Part shown: positions 1-12,301 of the stretch, piece by piece
Position numbering within the stretch: the stretch's first letter is position 1
How the letters are laid out: each line of letters starts with the position of its first letter
Origin: an uncultured delta proteobacterium
GTDB taxonomy: Bacteria > Desulfobacterota > Desulfuromonadia > Desulfuromonadales > CAWANI01
Assembly (NCBI GenBank): GCA_963783365.1
Contig: CAWANI010000009.1
Coordinates: 418,406-482,405 of the forward strand
DNA length: 64,000 nucleotides
Direction: 5' to 3'
Notes under the pieces: generated by a model
Told to the model about the DNA's origin: nothing
The model's database searches: none
What the model saw: only the letters and a program-made list of their open reading frames with translations
Position numbers and translations under genes: made by a program

Positions 1-1
1 C

Positions 2-2074
2 GTCATGGCGGGCGGCATCGTTCAGGGGGGGAGCACGATCACCCAACAGGTGGCGAAAAGTCTGTTGCTCTCTTCGGAGAAAACCTTTTCCCGCAAATTC
101 AAAGAGGCGATTCTCGCCTGGCGGATGGAAAAGAAACTCTCCAAGGACGATATTCTCTATCTCTACCTGAACCAGATCTACCTCGGCCACGGCGCCTACG
201 GCGTCGAGGAAGCTGCCGAGAGCTATTTCGACAAGGACGTCAAGGATCTCAACCTGGCCGAGTGCGCCATTTTGGCGGGCCTCCCCCAGGCCCCCAGCCG
301 CTATTCGCCATACGGCCACTTCGAGCTCGCCAAGGAACGCCAGAAATACGTTCTCGGCCGGATGGTCGAAAACGGTTATATCAGCGCCGAGGTCGCTCAG
401 GCCGCCTACCAGCAAAAAATCGTCATCCGCTCCCGCGTGCTGCCCCACCTCCAGGATTCCGGCTATTTTACCGAGCAGGTGCGCCGCTACCTGGAAGACA
501 CCTACGGCGCCAAGGCCCTCTACGAGGGAGGACTTCAGGTCCACACTACCATGAGCCTGCCGATGCAGCAGGCAGCTCGAGAGGCGGTGCGGGAGAACCT
601 GCGAAACCTCGATAAGCGCGAGGGATACCGGGGCCCGGAGAAGGTCTTCTCCCCCGCGGAAGAGGCGGCCTTTCTGAGTAAACAGACCGGCGAGCTGGCA
701 GACCATCCGCCGCGGGCCGGAGAGGTTCTCCAGGGGGTTCTGACGGCTCGGGACGGCTCCAACCTGACGGTCCGGGTCGGTTCCTATCACGGCAACCTCC
801 CCCTTGCTTCGGCCCGCTGGGCCGGTCCGATCCGGGTGGTGCCCCGCGATGCCGCCCCTTCCGGCAATATCGACAAGGCCAAAACTCACCTGCCGATCGG
901 CTCGCGCCTCGAGGTGCGGGTCGAAAAGGTGACCTCCGACGACGCCCTGCGCCTCAGCCTGGAACAGGAGCCCAAGGTGCAGGGGGCGCTGGTCGCCCTC
1001 GACCCCAAAAACGGCGACATCAAGGCAATGGTCGGCGGCTACGACTTCGACAACAGCCAGTTCAACCGCGTCCTGCAGGCCCACCGGTTATCCGGATCGG
1101 CCATCAAGCCGATCATCTACGCTGCGGCTCTCGACAAGGGATTTACCCCGGCCACCATCATTCTCGACACCCCGATCATCTACAAAGAGACCACGGCCAG
1201 CGGCATGGAGAGTGAGTGGAAACCGCAGAACTATGAGGACAAGTTCAACGGCCCCGTCTCTTTCCGGACCGCCCTGGCCCACTCCTACAACGTGGCCACC
1301 ATCAAGATCCTGCAGGATATCGGCGTCGAATACGCGGTCAATTACGCCCGAAAACTGGGTATCGAGTCCCCCCTCAACCACGACCTGACTCTGGCCCTGG
1401 GCACCTCTGCCATCACCCCCATGGAATTGGCCCGGGCCTATGCCGTTTTCGACGACGGCGGGGTACGAACCACTCCCACCTACATCACCAAGATCACCGA
1501 CCGCGACGGCAAGGTCCTGGAATCCGTCGATCCGGCCGATTTTCCCCACGGCCCCGGACCCGGCCAGCGCCTCATCCACCAGGACACCGAACGGGTTATT
1601 TCACCCGAGACCGCCTACCTGGTCACCAACCTGATGCAGAGCGTGGTCCGCTCCGGCACCGGCTGGCGCGCCAAGGCGCTGGGACGCCCGGTGGCCGGCA
1701 AAACGGGGACCACCAACGATCTCAAAGACGCCTGGTTCGGCGGTTTCGTCCCGCAGCTGGTGACGGTCTCGTGGGTCGGGTACGATCACGCCCGCAACCT
1801 GGGTCGGCATGAGACGGGATCGCGGGCCGCTGCGCCCGCCTGGGTCGCCTTCATGAAACAGGCGGTCAAAGGGATGGCTCCCCTTCATTTTCAGGTTCCC
1901 GACGATATCGTCTTTCGTCCCATCGATCCCAAGACCGGCCTGCTCACCCCCGAGGACGACCCCAACGCCCGCATCGAGGCCTTTGCCCCGGGGACTGCGC
2001 CGAGTCGCTACGCCCTGGATGAAAAAAAGCTCCAGGCGCGGGACTTCTTCAAGCTGGATATGGAAGGCCACTGA
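2..2074 (+). CDS. mrcA: Penicillin-binding protein 1A (class A PBP, glycosyltransferase + transpeptidase); 5' end lies outside the window
   Basis: Frame of ORF 5..2074 stays open to the window edge. GT51 motifs GGSTITQQ and RKFKE; transpeptidase motifs SAIKP (SxxK) and KTGTTND (KTG). Confidence 0.9.
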   Translation, partial: VMAGGIVQGGSTITQQVAKSLLLSSEKTFSRKFKEAILAWRMEKKLSKDDILYLYLNQIYLGHGAYGVEEAAESYFDKDVKDLNLAECAILAGLPQAPSRYSPYGHFELAKERQKYVLGRMVENGYISAEVAQAAYQQKIVIRSRVLPHLQDSGYFTEQVRRYLEDTYGAKALYEGGLQVHTTMSLPMQQAAREAVRENLRNLDKREGYRGPEKVFSPAEEAAFLSKQTGELADHPPRAGEVLQGVLTARDGSNLTVRVGSYHGNLPLASARWAGPIRVVPRDAAPSGNIDKAKTHLPIGSRLEVRVEKVTSDDALRLSLEQEPKVQGALVALDPKNGDIKAMVGGYDFDNSQFNRVLQAHRLSGSAIKPIIYAAALDKGFTPATIILDTPIIYKETTASGMESEWKPQNYEDKFNGPVSFRTALAHSYNVATIKILQDIGVEYAVNYARKLGIESPLNHDLTLALGTSAITPMELARAYAVFDDGGVRTTPTYITKITDRDGKVLESVDPADFPHGPGPGQRLIHQDTERVISPETAYLVTNLMQSVVRSGTGWRAKALGRPVAGKTGTTNDLKDAWFGGFVPQLVTVSWVGYDHARNLGRHETGSRAAAPAWVAFMKQAVKGMAPLHFQVPDDIVFRPIDPKTGLLTPEDDPNARIEAFAPGTAPSRYALDEKKLQARDFFKLDMEGH

Positions 2075-2109
2075 TCACCCGATCACCCGCTTTCGCCTTT
2101 TCAGCTCCC

Positions 2110-2159
2110 GGACAAAATAACGGCCGTCAGTCACCACCCTGACGGCCGTTATTTTGTCC
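2110..2159. terminator. Bidirectional intrinsic terminator between convergent mrcA and nth
   Basis: Perfect 21-nt inverted repeat GGACAAAATAACGGCCGTCAG (2110-2130) / CTGACGGCCGTTATTTTGTCC (2139-2159) with an 8-nt loop. The GC-rich core is followed by a T-rich stretch on either strand. Confidence 0.7.
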
Positions 2160-2178
2160 GAAGTCCAGCGGGCTCTGT

Positions 2179-2829
2179 CTATTTCGATTTTTTCACCCCC
2201 ACCCGCGGACAATAGTCGAGCACCGGACAGGAGGAGCAAAGCGGAACGGGAGCCTTGCAGAGCCGGCGGCCATGAAAGATCAGCACATGGCTGGCCCGGG
2301 TCCATTTTTCCCGGGGCCACAGCTCCATCAGGTCCCGCTCGATTTTCTCCGGATCTCTCTCCCTGGTCCAGCCCAGCCGGGTAGAGACCCGCTTGACGTG
2401 GGTATCCACCACCACCCCGGGGACATCGAAGGCGTTTCCCAGAATGACGTTGGCTGTTTTGCGCCCGACCCCCGGCAGGCTGGTCAGCTCCGCCATGGTA
2501 TGGGGGACCTCCCCGCCATACTCTTCAACGATGGCGCTGCCGCAACCGATGAGGCTTTTCGCCTTATTGCGGAAAAAACCGGTGGAGCGGATATCTTCCT
2601 CCAGTTCCTTCTGGTCGGCCCGGGCATAGGCGCGTGCGTCGGGGTATTTACGAAAGAGCTCCGCGGTAACCAGGTTGACGCGAACGTCCGTACACTGCGC
2701 CGAGAGGATCGTGGCCACCAGCAATTCCAGGGGGGTTCGATAATTCAAGGCGATTTTGGCGTCCGCGTGGGCCTTTTCCAACAGGGATAAAACATAGAGC
2801 GGCATGTCTTCTTTTTCGTGCTGACTCAT
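2179..2829 (-). CDS. nth: Endonuclease III (DNA glycosylase/AP lyase)
   Basis: ORF 2179..2865. HhH-GPD motif LPGVGRKTANV; [4Fe-4S] ligand pattern CKAPVPLCSSCPVLDYC. Start placed at ATG 2829 (MSQHEK) behind a GAGGGA RBS. Confidence 0.9.
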   Translation of the reverse strand: MSQHEKEDMPLYVLSLLEKAHADAKIALNYRTPLELLVATILSAQCTDVRVNLVTAELFRKYPDARAYARADQKELEEDIRSTGFFRNKAKSLIGCGSAIVEEYGGEVPHTMAELTSLPGVGRKTANVILGNAFDVPGVVVDTHVKRVSTRLGWTRERDPEKIERDLMELWPREKWTRASHVLIFHGRRLCKAPVPLCSSCPVLDYCPRVGVKKSK

Positions 2830-2896
2830 GGGTGGTCCCTCTGAATTCAACATATTGCAGGGCAAGGCCTAATCTTTGGCCCGAAAGCGGCGGGAC

Positions 2897-2926
2897 TTAT
2901 CCACCTTATTCACAGAACTATCCACA
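2897..2926 (+). promoter_or_regulatory. Cluster of three same-orientation DnaA-box-like 9-mers
   Basis: TTATCCACC (2897-2905), TTATTCACA (2906-2914) and CTATCCACA (2918-2926), each 8/9 to TTATCCACA. Located between the EEP-gene stop and the nth start. Confidence 0.6.
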
Positions 2927-2962
2927 GAGGGGCCGTAAAAATCCGCCATTCCGGACGTGGCC

Positions 2963-3700
2963 TTACCCAGGAGCGATTTCCATTCGGTTGTGAGACATTT
3001 TTTTGACGTGAAGAAATGTTCGCGGATCGGTGATCTGCACCGTCAAAATCAGCGGCAGGTGGCCGGAGGCCTGACGCGCCTGGCGATTGTGCAGAATACG
3101 GGAGTCGACCACCCGAAGCTCCCCGCGCAGATAGGCCCGATCACGCCCCGCCACGGGAAAACGGGCGGGAAACGTCCCGCGCCACCAGGGGCGGGAGGCC
3201 TTGCGCAGCCCCAGGTTGAGACCGAAATTACCGATCCCCCACCAGAGGTCGCCGAAGTCCCCCAAAAGAATCGTCGGGCAGACCAGGGATCGATTGCCCA
3301 TCAGATCCGGGCCCAACAGGCCGGCGATCTGCGTCCTGCGTCGCAGGGGGTGCGCATCGAGGCGAAGGTTAAGCAGATGGATGCGCTTTCCTCTGATGTC
3401 GGCATCGGCCCTGAGGCAGCAGCCGTGACCGTCTCCGAGGTGGTATTGGTGAAGACCCCGCAGAGGGAAGTAGGAGAGAAAAGCGGTTCCGCAGGAGGCG
3501 TTTTGCGAAAAACTGCACATCCCGAGATGTTCGGCCAGGTACTGCAGATGGGACGCGTCCCGGGAGTCCTCTATCTCCTGAAGAGCGACGATATCGGGCG
3601 CCCCTTCGGCGATGACATTCATTATTCGTTGGGGGTCCACCTGTCCGTCTCCGCCCCGGCATCCCTGGACGTTGTATGTCATGATGCGGATAGTGGGCAT
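2963..3700 (-). CDS. Endonuclease/exonuclease/phosphatase (EEP) family protein
   Basis: ORF 2963..3700. N-terminal IMTYNVQG and VALQEI motifs are typical of the EEP fold. Confidence 0.75.
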   Translation of the reverse strand: MPTIRIMTYNVQGCRGGDGQVDPQRIMNVIAEGAPDIVALQEIEDSRDASHLQYLAEHLGMCSFSQNASCGTAFLSYFPLRGLHQYHLGDGHGCCLRADADIRGKRIHLLNLRLDAHPLRRRTQIAGLLGPDLMGNRSLVCPTILLGDFGDLWWGIGNFGLNLGLRKASRPWWRGTFPARFPVAGRDRAYLRGELRVVDSRILHNRQARQASGHLPLILTVQITDPRTFLHVKKMSHNRMEIAPG

Positions 3701-3750
3701 TTGTCCCCCTGGCCGGTGATGGGTCCGGCCTCGAAAAAACAGCTCCCGTT

Positions 3751-4320
3751 CTATCGGCCGACTTGTCTTATCGACCGAATGATCACCGGTTTTCGCGGCA
3801 GAGCCTGAAACGGTCCGTCCTTTTTTTCGGTGGCCACTCTCCCAATGGTATCAACAACCTGCATTCCTTCAACCACCTTGCCGAAAGCGCAGTAGCCGAA
3901 TCCCTGCGGAGTGGCGCTGCGATGGTTCAAAAAATCGTTGTCAGTTAAATTAATGAAGAATTGACTGGTGGCGCTGTCCACCATCGGCGTGCGGGCCATG
4001 GCGATTGTACCCCGCTCGTTTTTCACCCCGCTGGCCGCTTCATTCTTGATCGGCGGATCGCTCGCCTTGCGTTTCAGATCGACGGTGTACCCCCCGCCCT
4101 GAATCATGAAACCCTTGATCACTCGGTGAAAGATCGTCCCGTCATAAAACCCCGCCTTGGCGTAGTGGAGAAAATTCTTCACCGTGACCGGGGCTTTCTG
4201 ATCGAAAAGCTCCAGTTTGATCGTGCCGTAGTTCGTTTGAATCGCCGCAAAGGTTGCCGCCTGAACAGGCGTTGTCACCAACAACAGAAGAAGAAGAAGA
4301 GAAAGTATCGAGCGACGCAT
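3751..4320 (-). CDS. ppiA: Periplasmic peptidyl-prolyl cis-trans isomerase, cyclophilin type
   Basis: Signal peptide MRRSILSLLLLLLLVTTPVQA. Cyclophilin core FHRVIKGFMIQGGG ... GTIAMAR. Confidence 0.9.
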   Translation of the reverse strand: MRRSILSLLLLLLLVTTPVQAATFAAIQTNYGTIKLELFDQKAPVTVKNFLHYAKAGFYDGTIFHRVIKGFMIQGGGYTVDLKRKASDPPIKNEAASGVKNERGTIAMARTPMVDSATSQFFINLTDNDFLNHRSATPQGFGYCAFGKVVEGMQVVDTIGRVATEKKDGPFQALPRKPVIIRSIRQVGR

Positions 4321-4365
4321 TTTTGTGTCCCTTTGGCGAGGTTTGATGGGAGCATCGGAAAAAAG

Positions 4366-5367
4366 TCAGATTCCCTCGGATTTCAACTCCCGCAACATGA
4401 GGTCGGTCACGGCTTCGCGGGGGTCTTTTCCCTCGTAGAGGATGCAATACATCTGTTCGGTGATGGGAGCCTCCACCTTCAACTTCCTGGCCAGCTGATG
4501 GGCCGAGAGGGTGGTTTTGACCCCTTCGGCCACCATGGTCATTGCACCCAGAATTTCCTCCAGGCGTTTACCTCGGCCCAGCTCCATGCCGACCGTGCGA
4601 TTGCGCGACAGGTCTCCGGTGCAGGTGAGAACCAGATCGCCCATACCCGCCAATCCAGAGAAAGTGGTGGGATCGGCCCCCAGGGCCAGGCCGAGGCGGC
4701 TCATTTCCGCAAGCCCCCTGGTAATCAGCGCGGCGCGGGTATTGTAACCGAAACCGAGGCCGTCCGAAACTCCCGCCGCCAGCGCCATGACGTTCTTCAG
4801 CGCCCCCCCCAGTTCCACCCCGGTCACATCGGCGTTGGTATAGACCCGGAAGTAGGACGTATTGAAGATGGTCTGAACCTGCCGCGCGATCTGCTCGTTG
4901 CGGGAGGCGGCAACGATGGCCGTCGGCATTTCGGCAGCCACTTCCCGGGCAAAAGAGGGACCTGAGAGAAACGCCAGGCGATTGGCGTCCCGGGGTGGGA
5001 GAAGATCCCCTAGAACGTCGGACATGGTTCGCAGCGAGCCGGTTTCGATTCCTTTGGCGGCCGATACGAGTACCGTTTCGGGGGAGAGGTGGGGGATCGC
5101 CTGCTTCATCACGGCGTCCATCACCTGGGAGGGGGGGACCAGCAGAAGAAGCTTTTTGCCGGCCGTTGCTTCGCCCAGATCGCCGGTAAAGAAGAGCCCG
5201 GGCGCCAGAGAGATGCCGGGGAGGTAAAGGTCGTTCTCCCGCGTGCGCTCCATGCGCTCTGCCAGATCCTTCTCATACGACCAGAGGGTGACGGCGTAGT
5301 TTTTCTTGGCCAGAAGGTTCGCCAGGGTCGTCCCCCAGCTGCCCGCTCCGATCACGCCGATTTTCAT
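4366..5367 (-). CDS. gpsA: NAD(P)H-dependent glycerol-3-phosphate dehydrogenase
   Basis: N-terminal Rossmann motif IGAGSWGTTLA. Full-length GpsA-like sequence (333 aa). Confidence 0.92.
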   Translation of the reverse strand: MKIGVIGAGSWGTTLANLLAKKNYAVTLWSYEKDLAERMERTRENDLYLPGISLAPGLFFTGDLGEATAGKKLLLLVPPSQVMDAVMKQAIPHLSPETVLVSAAKGIETGSLRTMSDVLGDLLPPRDANRLAFLSGPSFAREVAAEMPTAIVAASRNEQIARQVQTIFNTSYFRVYTNADVTGVELGGALKNVMALAAGVSDGLGFGYNTRAALITRGLAEMSRLGLALGADPTTFSGLAGMGDLVLTCTGDLSRNRTVGMELGRGKRLEEILGAMTMVAEGVKTTLSAHQLARKLKVEAPITEQMYCILYEGKDPREAVTDLMLRELKSEGI

Positions 5368-5377
5368 AGTCCCTCCC

Positions 5378-6256
5378 TCAATAGGTAAGCTTCTTTTTGC
5401 GGATGCGTTTTTTCACCCGGGCGATTCTCTGGTTCAGAATCTGCTGGTCCCGGTAGGTGGTTCGCAAACCTTCCAATTCGCCGAGCGCTTTTTTCAACTC
5501 TCCCTGGCTCTCGAGGACCGTCGCCAGACCGAAGCGGGCTTCGGCGGCGAAGGGGTTCTTCGGCCAATGGCGAAAAACCCGGCGAAACGCCTTTTCGGCC
5601 GCGGCCGCGTTGCCATCGAGGGAATAGGCGACCGCGATGCGGTAGGCCGCCTCTGCGGCCAGGGGGCTGGCCGGGTAATTTTTGAGCAGGCTTTCGAATT
5701 CGATCCGGGCCTGTTCGAAGTTGTTCCGGCGAAAATAGGTATCGGCGATCTCGTATTGGATATGATCCGGATCGGGAGCCCCGCTGTCGAGGAGTTTCTG
5801 GTAAGCGAGCAGGGCATTTCCGTAATCCATGAGCCGGTATTTGTAAATATCGGCGATCTGCTGCCGGGCCCGGATAGCCAGCGCACTGCCCGGATAATCC
5901 CGCACCACCAGCAGAAAGTCGAGCAGGGCCTCGCGGGGGTGTTTCAGATTCAGCTCGAGAGTCTCCCCTGCCTGAAAAAGAGCGCTGGGCGCCAGCCGAA
6001 ACCGGGGATGGTGCCGGTAAATGGATTGAAAGGTCGCTACGGCCCGTTCGGACTCTCCGCGCTCCACCTGAGCTTTTCCTCGGGCAAATTTTCCGGCGAG
6101 AATCCGATCGGAACGACGTCCCCAAAAAAACGCCCCTCCGCTCCCAAAAAGAGCCAACAGGATGAAGGCCAGCAGCAGCGGGCGGCGCTTAGAGTTCCTC
6201 TTCCGGTGCCTCTTCTCCTCCTGAAAAAGCCTCTTCTTCAGCTTCTCGACTTCCAT
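5378..6256 (-). CDS. Membrane-anchored tetratricopeptide-repeat protein
   Basis: ORF 5378..6256. One N-terminal hydrophobic helix ([19 protein letters not shown]) followed by repeated TPR-like A/Y/L patterns. The start is uncertain because it overlaps the gyrA 3' end by 68 nt. Confidence 0.6.
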   Translation of the reverse strand: MEVEKLKKRLFQEEKRHRKRNSKRRPLLLAFILLALFGSGGAFFWGRRSDRILAGKFARGKAQVERGESERAVATFQSIYRHHPRFRLAPSALFQAGETLELNLKHPREALLDFLLVVRDYPGSALAIRARQQIADIYKYRLMDYGNALLAYQKLLDSGAPDPDHIQYEIADTYFRRNNFEQARIEFESLLKNYPASPLAAEAAYRIAVAYSLDGNAAAAEKAFRRVFRHWPKNPFAAEARFGLATVLESQGELKKALGELEGLRTTYRDQQILNQRIARVKKRIRKKKLTY

Positions 6257-8699
6257 TTTCCTCTTCTTTTTCAGCGAGTTTGGCGACGGCGACGATCCGC
6301 TCTCCCGCTTCCAGAACCATCAAGCGTACGCCCTGGGTATTGCGGCCGATCACCGACAGGTGGGAAACTGCGGTTCGCAGTACTTTGCCCCGGTCGGTGA
6401 TGAACATCAGGTCGGAATCGTCGTCCACCAGTTTGATATCCACCACCTTACCGTTGCGGTCGGTGGTTTTGATGGTGATGATTCCCTTGCCGCCGCGGCT
6501 CTGTACCCGGTATTCGCCGAGATCGGTGCGTTTGCCGTAGCCGTTTTCCGTCACTGTCACCAGGGTGGCGGCGGTGGCATCGGTGACCGTTTCCATCCCG
6601 ATGATCCGGTCATCGCCTTCGAGCATCATGCCGCGTACGCCGCGGGCGGTGCGCCCCATGGGACGCGCACCGCTCTCCGGAAAGCGGATCGACTTACCGT
6701 TGCTGCTGGCCAGCAGGATATCCATCGTCCCATCGGTCAGGCGGGCCGCGATCAGGCGATCTCCTTCATCAATGGTCAGGGCGATGATGCCACCGGCGCG
6801 AGGATTGGAGTAGGCCATCAGCTCGGTCTTTTTAACCGTGCCGTTCTGCGTGGCGGTGACGATGTACTTGCCCTCCGAGAATTCCTTGACCGACAAGACG
6901 GTCATCACCTTTTCGTCCGGAGCCAACTGCAGCAGGTTGACGATCGCCTTGCCCCGGGAGGCCCGTCCCCCTTGAGGGATCTCGTGCACCTTGAGCCAGT
7001 AAACCTTTCCCTGGTCGGTGAAGAAAAGGATGTGGGAATGGGTCGAAGCGATGAAGAGCTTTTCGACAAAGTCCTCCTCTTTGGGGCGCATGCCCGTTTT
7101 GCCCTTGCCGCCGCGCCGCTGTGCCCGGTACAGGGAGACGGCGTTGCGTTTGATGTAGCCACCGTGGCTGACGGTCACCACCATGTCTTCCTCGACGATC
7201 AGATCCTCCAGAGAGAGGTCGCCCGTCTTGTCGACGATCTCCGTGCGACGGGGATCTCCGTATTTCTCCTTGATCTCGAGCAACTCGGTCTTGATGATGG
7301 TGAGGATTTCGACCTCGCTGGCCAGAATTTCCTTCAGTCGCTTGATCAGCGCCTGGATCTCGTTGTATTCGGCGATGATCTTGTCGCGCTCCAGGCCGGT
7401 GAGCCGGTGCAGGCGCATGTCGAGGATTGCCTGGGCCTGAAGGGTGGAGAAGGCGAAACGGGAAATCAGACGTTCCTTGGCTTCGGGCGAATTGGCCGAG
7501 GTCTTGATGATCTGGATGACCTCGTCGAGATTCTCCAGGGCGATCTTCAAGCCTTCCAGAATATGCGCACGGGCTTCGGCCTTTTTCAGCTCGAAAATAC
7601 AGCGCCGGGTGACGATCTCCTTGCGATGCTCGATGAACCGGGCAAGGACCTCGTGCAGGGTCAGAACCCGCGGCTGGCCGGCGACGATGGCGAGCATGAT
7701 GATACCGAAGGAGGTCTGCATCTGGGTCATCTTGTAGAGCTGGTTGAGGATGACCTCGGGGATCATGTCCCGTTTCAGCTCGATGACGATCCGCATCCCT
7801 TCGCGGTCCGACTCGTCGCGCAGATCGGAAATCCCCTCGATCTTCTTCTCCTTCACCAGATCGGCCACTTTTTCGATCAGCTTGGATTTATTGACCTGGT
7901 AGGGAATCTCGGAGATGACAATGCTTTCGCGACCGGTGCGTCGGTCCTTTTCCACCAGGGCCCGGGCCCGGACCTGGATGATGCCGCGGCCGGTGCGATA
8001 AGCTTCGCGGATCCCCTCGCGGCCGAGGATGAAGCCGGCCGTAGGAAAATCTGGCCCCTGGATCAACTGAATCAACTCGTCAAAATCGAGGGCCGGATCG
8101 TCGATGACGGCCACCAGGGCGTCGATCACCTCGCCGAGGTTGTGGGGGGGGATTTTAGTCGCCATGCCGACGGCGATCCCTTCGGAGCCGTTGACCAGCA
8201 GGTTTGGGAACTTGCAGGGCAGCACCAGCGGCTCCTGGAGGGAGTCGTCATAGTTGGGCCCGAATTCGACCGTTTCCTTGTCGATGTCGGCCAGCAGCTC
8301 CCCGGCCAGTCGGGCCATGCGGACTTCGGTGTAACGCATGGCCGCCGCCGAATCGCCGTCGATGGAGCCGAAGTTCCCCTGCCCGTCGATCAGCGGGTAG
8401 CGCATGGAGAAATCCTGGGCAAGCCGCACGATGGTGTCGTACACGGCCGTGTCGCCGTGGGGGTGATATTTACCGATGACGTCGCCGACTACACGGGCCG
8501 ATTTTTTGTAGGATTTGTTCCATTCGTTGCCCAGTTCGCTCATGGCGAAAAGGACCCTTCGATGCACCGGCTTCAGACCGTCGCGCACATCCGGCAGAGC
8601 CCGCCCGACAATGACGCTCATGGCGTAATCCATGTAGGAGCGACGCATCTGATCTTCGATATTGACCGGGATCTCCCGTCTCTGTTGGTCCATTTCCAT
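6189..8699 (-). CDS. gyrA: DNA gyrase subunit A
   Basis: 836-aa [18 protein letters not shown], catalytic-Tyr region AAMRYTE, acidic C-terminal tail. Confidence 0.97.
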   Translation of the reverse strand: MEMDQQRREIPVNIEDQMRRSYMDYAMSVIVGRALPDVRDGLKPVHRRVLFAMSELGNEWNKSYKKSARVVGDVIGKYHPHGDTAVYDTIVRLAQDFSMRYPLIDGQGNFGSIDGDSAAAMRYTEVRMARLAGELLADIDKETVEFGPNYDDSLQEPLVLPCKFPNLLVNGSEGIAVGMATKIPPHNLGEVIDALVAVIDDPALDFDELIQLIQGPDFPTAGFILGREGIREAYRTGRGIIQVRARALVEKDRRTGRESIVISEIPYQVNKSKLIEKVADLVKEKKIEGISDLRDESDREGMRIVIELKRDMIPEVILNQLYKMTQMQTSFGIIMLAIVAGQPRVLTLHEVLARFIEHRKEIVTRRCIFELKKAEARAHILEGLKIALENLDEVIQIIKTSANSPEAKERLISRFAFSTLQAQAILDMRLHRLTGLERDKIIAEYNEIQALIKRLKEILASEVEILTIIKTELLEIKEKYGDPRRTEIVDKTGDLSLEDLIVEEDMVVTVSHGGYIKRNAVSLYRAQRRGGKGKTGMRPKEEDFVEKLFIASTHSHILFFTDQGKVYWLKVHEIPQGGRASRGKAIVNLLQLAPDEKVMTVLSVKEFSEGKYIVTATQNGTVKKTELMAYSNPRAGGIIALTIDEGDRLIAARLTDGTMDILLASSNGKSIRFPESGARPMGRTARGVRGMMLEGDDRIIGMETVTDATAATLVTVTENGYGKRTDLGEYRVQSRGGKGIITIKTTDRNGKVVDIKLVDDDSDLMFITDRGKVLRTAVSHLSVIGRNTQGVRLMVLEAGERIVAVAKLAEKEEENGSREAEEEAFSGGEEAPEEEL

Positions 8700-8752
8700 G
8701 GTATCTGTCCTTCTTGCGGCCTTCCGGGATTCCCGGATAACGGCACTTTATC

Positions 8753-11140
<2,388 letters not shown>

Positions 11141-11153
11141 TTAAACCTCGTTC

Positions 11154-12245
11154 TCAGCCTTCATCGATGATGTTTCCGCGTGTCACACGAAAAAAGCGGG
11201 CGATTTTCATGCCCTCGTTTTTAAAAGGGGTGCAGTCCGTCGTTGTGAGAAAAACCTGGCCCCGGCGGGAGAGAAGGAAATGGAAAAGAAAGCCTTTTCG
11301 GTGACGATCCAGTTCACTGGTCATATCGTCCAGAAGGAGAATAGGAGGCTCTCCCAACCGTTTTTCCAGATCGATAATCTGGGCCGTTTTATAAGCGAGC
11401 ATAAAAGAGCGTTGCTGTCCCTGCGAGCCGTACAGGCGAAGGGGCCGTCCCTCAATGAGAAACAGAGGGTCGTCCCGGTGAGGTCCTGCCAGGGTTTGTC
11501 CCAGGTGGACCTCCCTGTTTGCTGCCTTTTTCAACTCGCTTCGCAGGGCCTCTCGAAAATCCTCCACCTTTTCCCCGGGAGATTCAATATGGATATCCGC
11601 TTTTTCGCCGTTTCCGGCAATGGTGTCATAGCACTGCCGCAACAGGGGAGCGAGAGAAACCAGATAACGGAAGCGTTCCCAGCGCAAGCGGCCTCCGGCA
11701 TCGATCAAGCCTTCGGTCCAAGGAATCAATTCTTCGCCAAGACGGCCCTCTTTAAGAAGCCGATTGCGCTGTTTCAAACAGCGCTCATATTCCTGGACCT
11801 TTTCCAGATAGAGGGGTTGGGCCTGGAAGATCGAACGATCCAGCAGAGCCCGTCTGCCCGCCGGGGGGCCCTTGACGAGACTCACTTCCTCGGGAGAGAA
11901 AAGAACCGGGCGCAAAAATCCGAAAAAATCTCGACCGGATCGTACTTTCTTGCCGTCGATACGGACCGATTTACTCGCTTGTTCGATGGCGAGCTCGAGA
12001 CGACGGTTAACGGCGAGATTGGTCACCTCTCCCTGCAATCGAGCCTGATCGCTGCCGCTGCGGATCAGCTCGGGGTTGCGCGCTCCCCGGAAACTTTTCA
12101 GATGTCCGAGAAGATAGATAGCTTCGAGAAGATTCGTCTTTCCCTGGGCATTGTCACCCCAGAAAATATTGAAGCCCTCGGATGGAGTAAAATCGATTGT
12201 CTCGATATTGCGAAAATTTTTGTATTTCAACCGGGTAAGTTGCAT
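11154..12245 (-). CDS. recF: DNA replication and repair protein RecF
   Basis: 363-aa ORF. Walker A GDNAQGKTNLLEA. Position in the canonical dnaA-dnaN-recF-gyrB order. Confidence 0.93.
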   Translation of the reverse strand: MQLTRLKYKNFRNIETIDFTPSEGFNIFWGDNAQGKTNLLEAIYLLGHLKSFRGARNPELIRSGSDQARLQGEVTNLAVNRRLELAIEQASKSVRIDGKKVRSGRDFFGFLRPVLFSPEEVSLVKGPPAGRRALLDRSIFQAQPLYLEKVQEYERCLKQRNRLLKEGRLGEELIPWTEGLIDAGGRLRWERFRYLVSLAPLLRQCYDTIAGNGEKADIHIESPGEKVEDFREALRSELKKAANREVHLGQTLAGPHRDDPLFLIEGRPLRLYGSQGQQRSFMLAYKTAQIIDLEKRLGEPPILLLDDMTSELDRHRKGFLFHFLLSRRGQVFLTTTDCTPFKNEGMKIARFFRVTRGNIIDEG

Positions 12246-12301
12246 GAAATACAGTTAATATTCGGAAAATGGAAAAATTTTAGTGCACTCCCAACTCAGC
12301 A

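Noticed and set aside
6189-6256. 68-nt overlap between the gyrA 3' end and the TPR-protein ORF start, considered as a meaningful overlap.
   Set aside because: It is more likely that the TPR gene uses a later, non-ATG start closer to its hydrophobic helix. I cannot decide this without an alignment.
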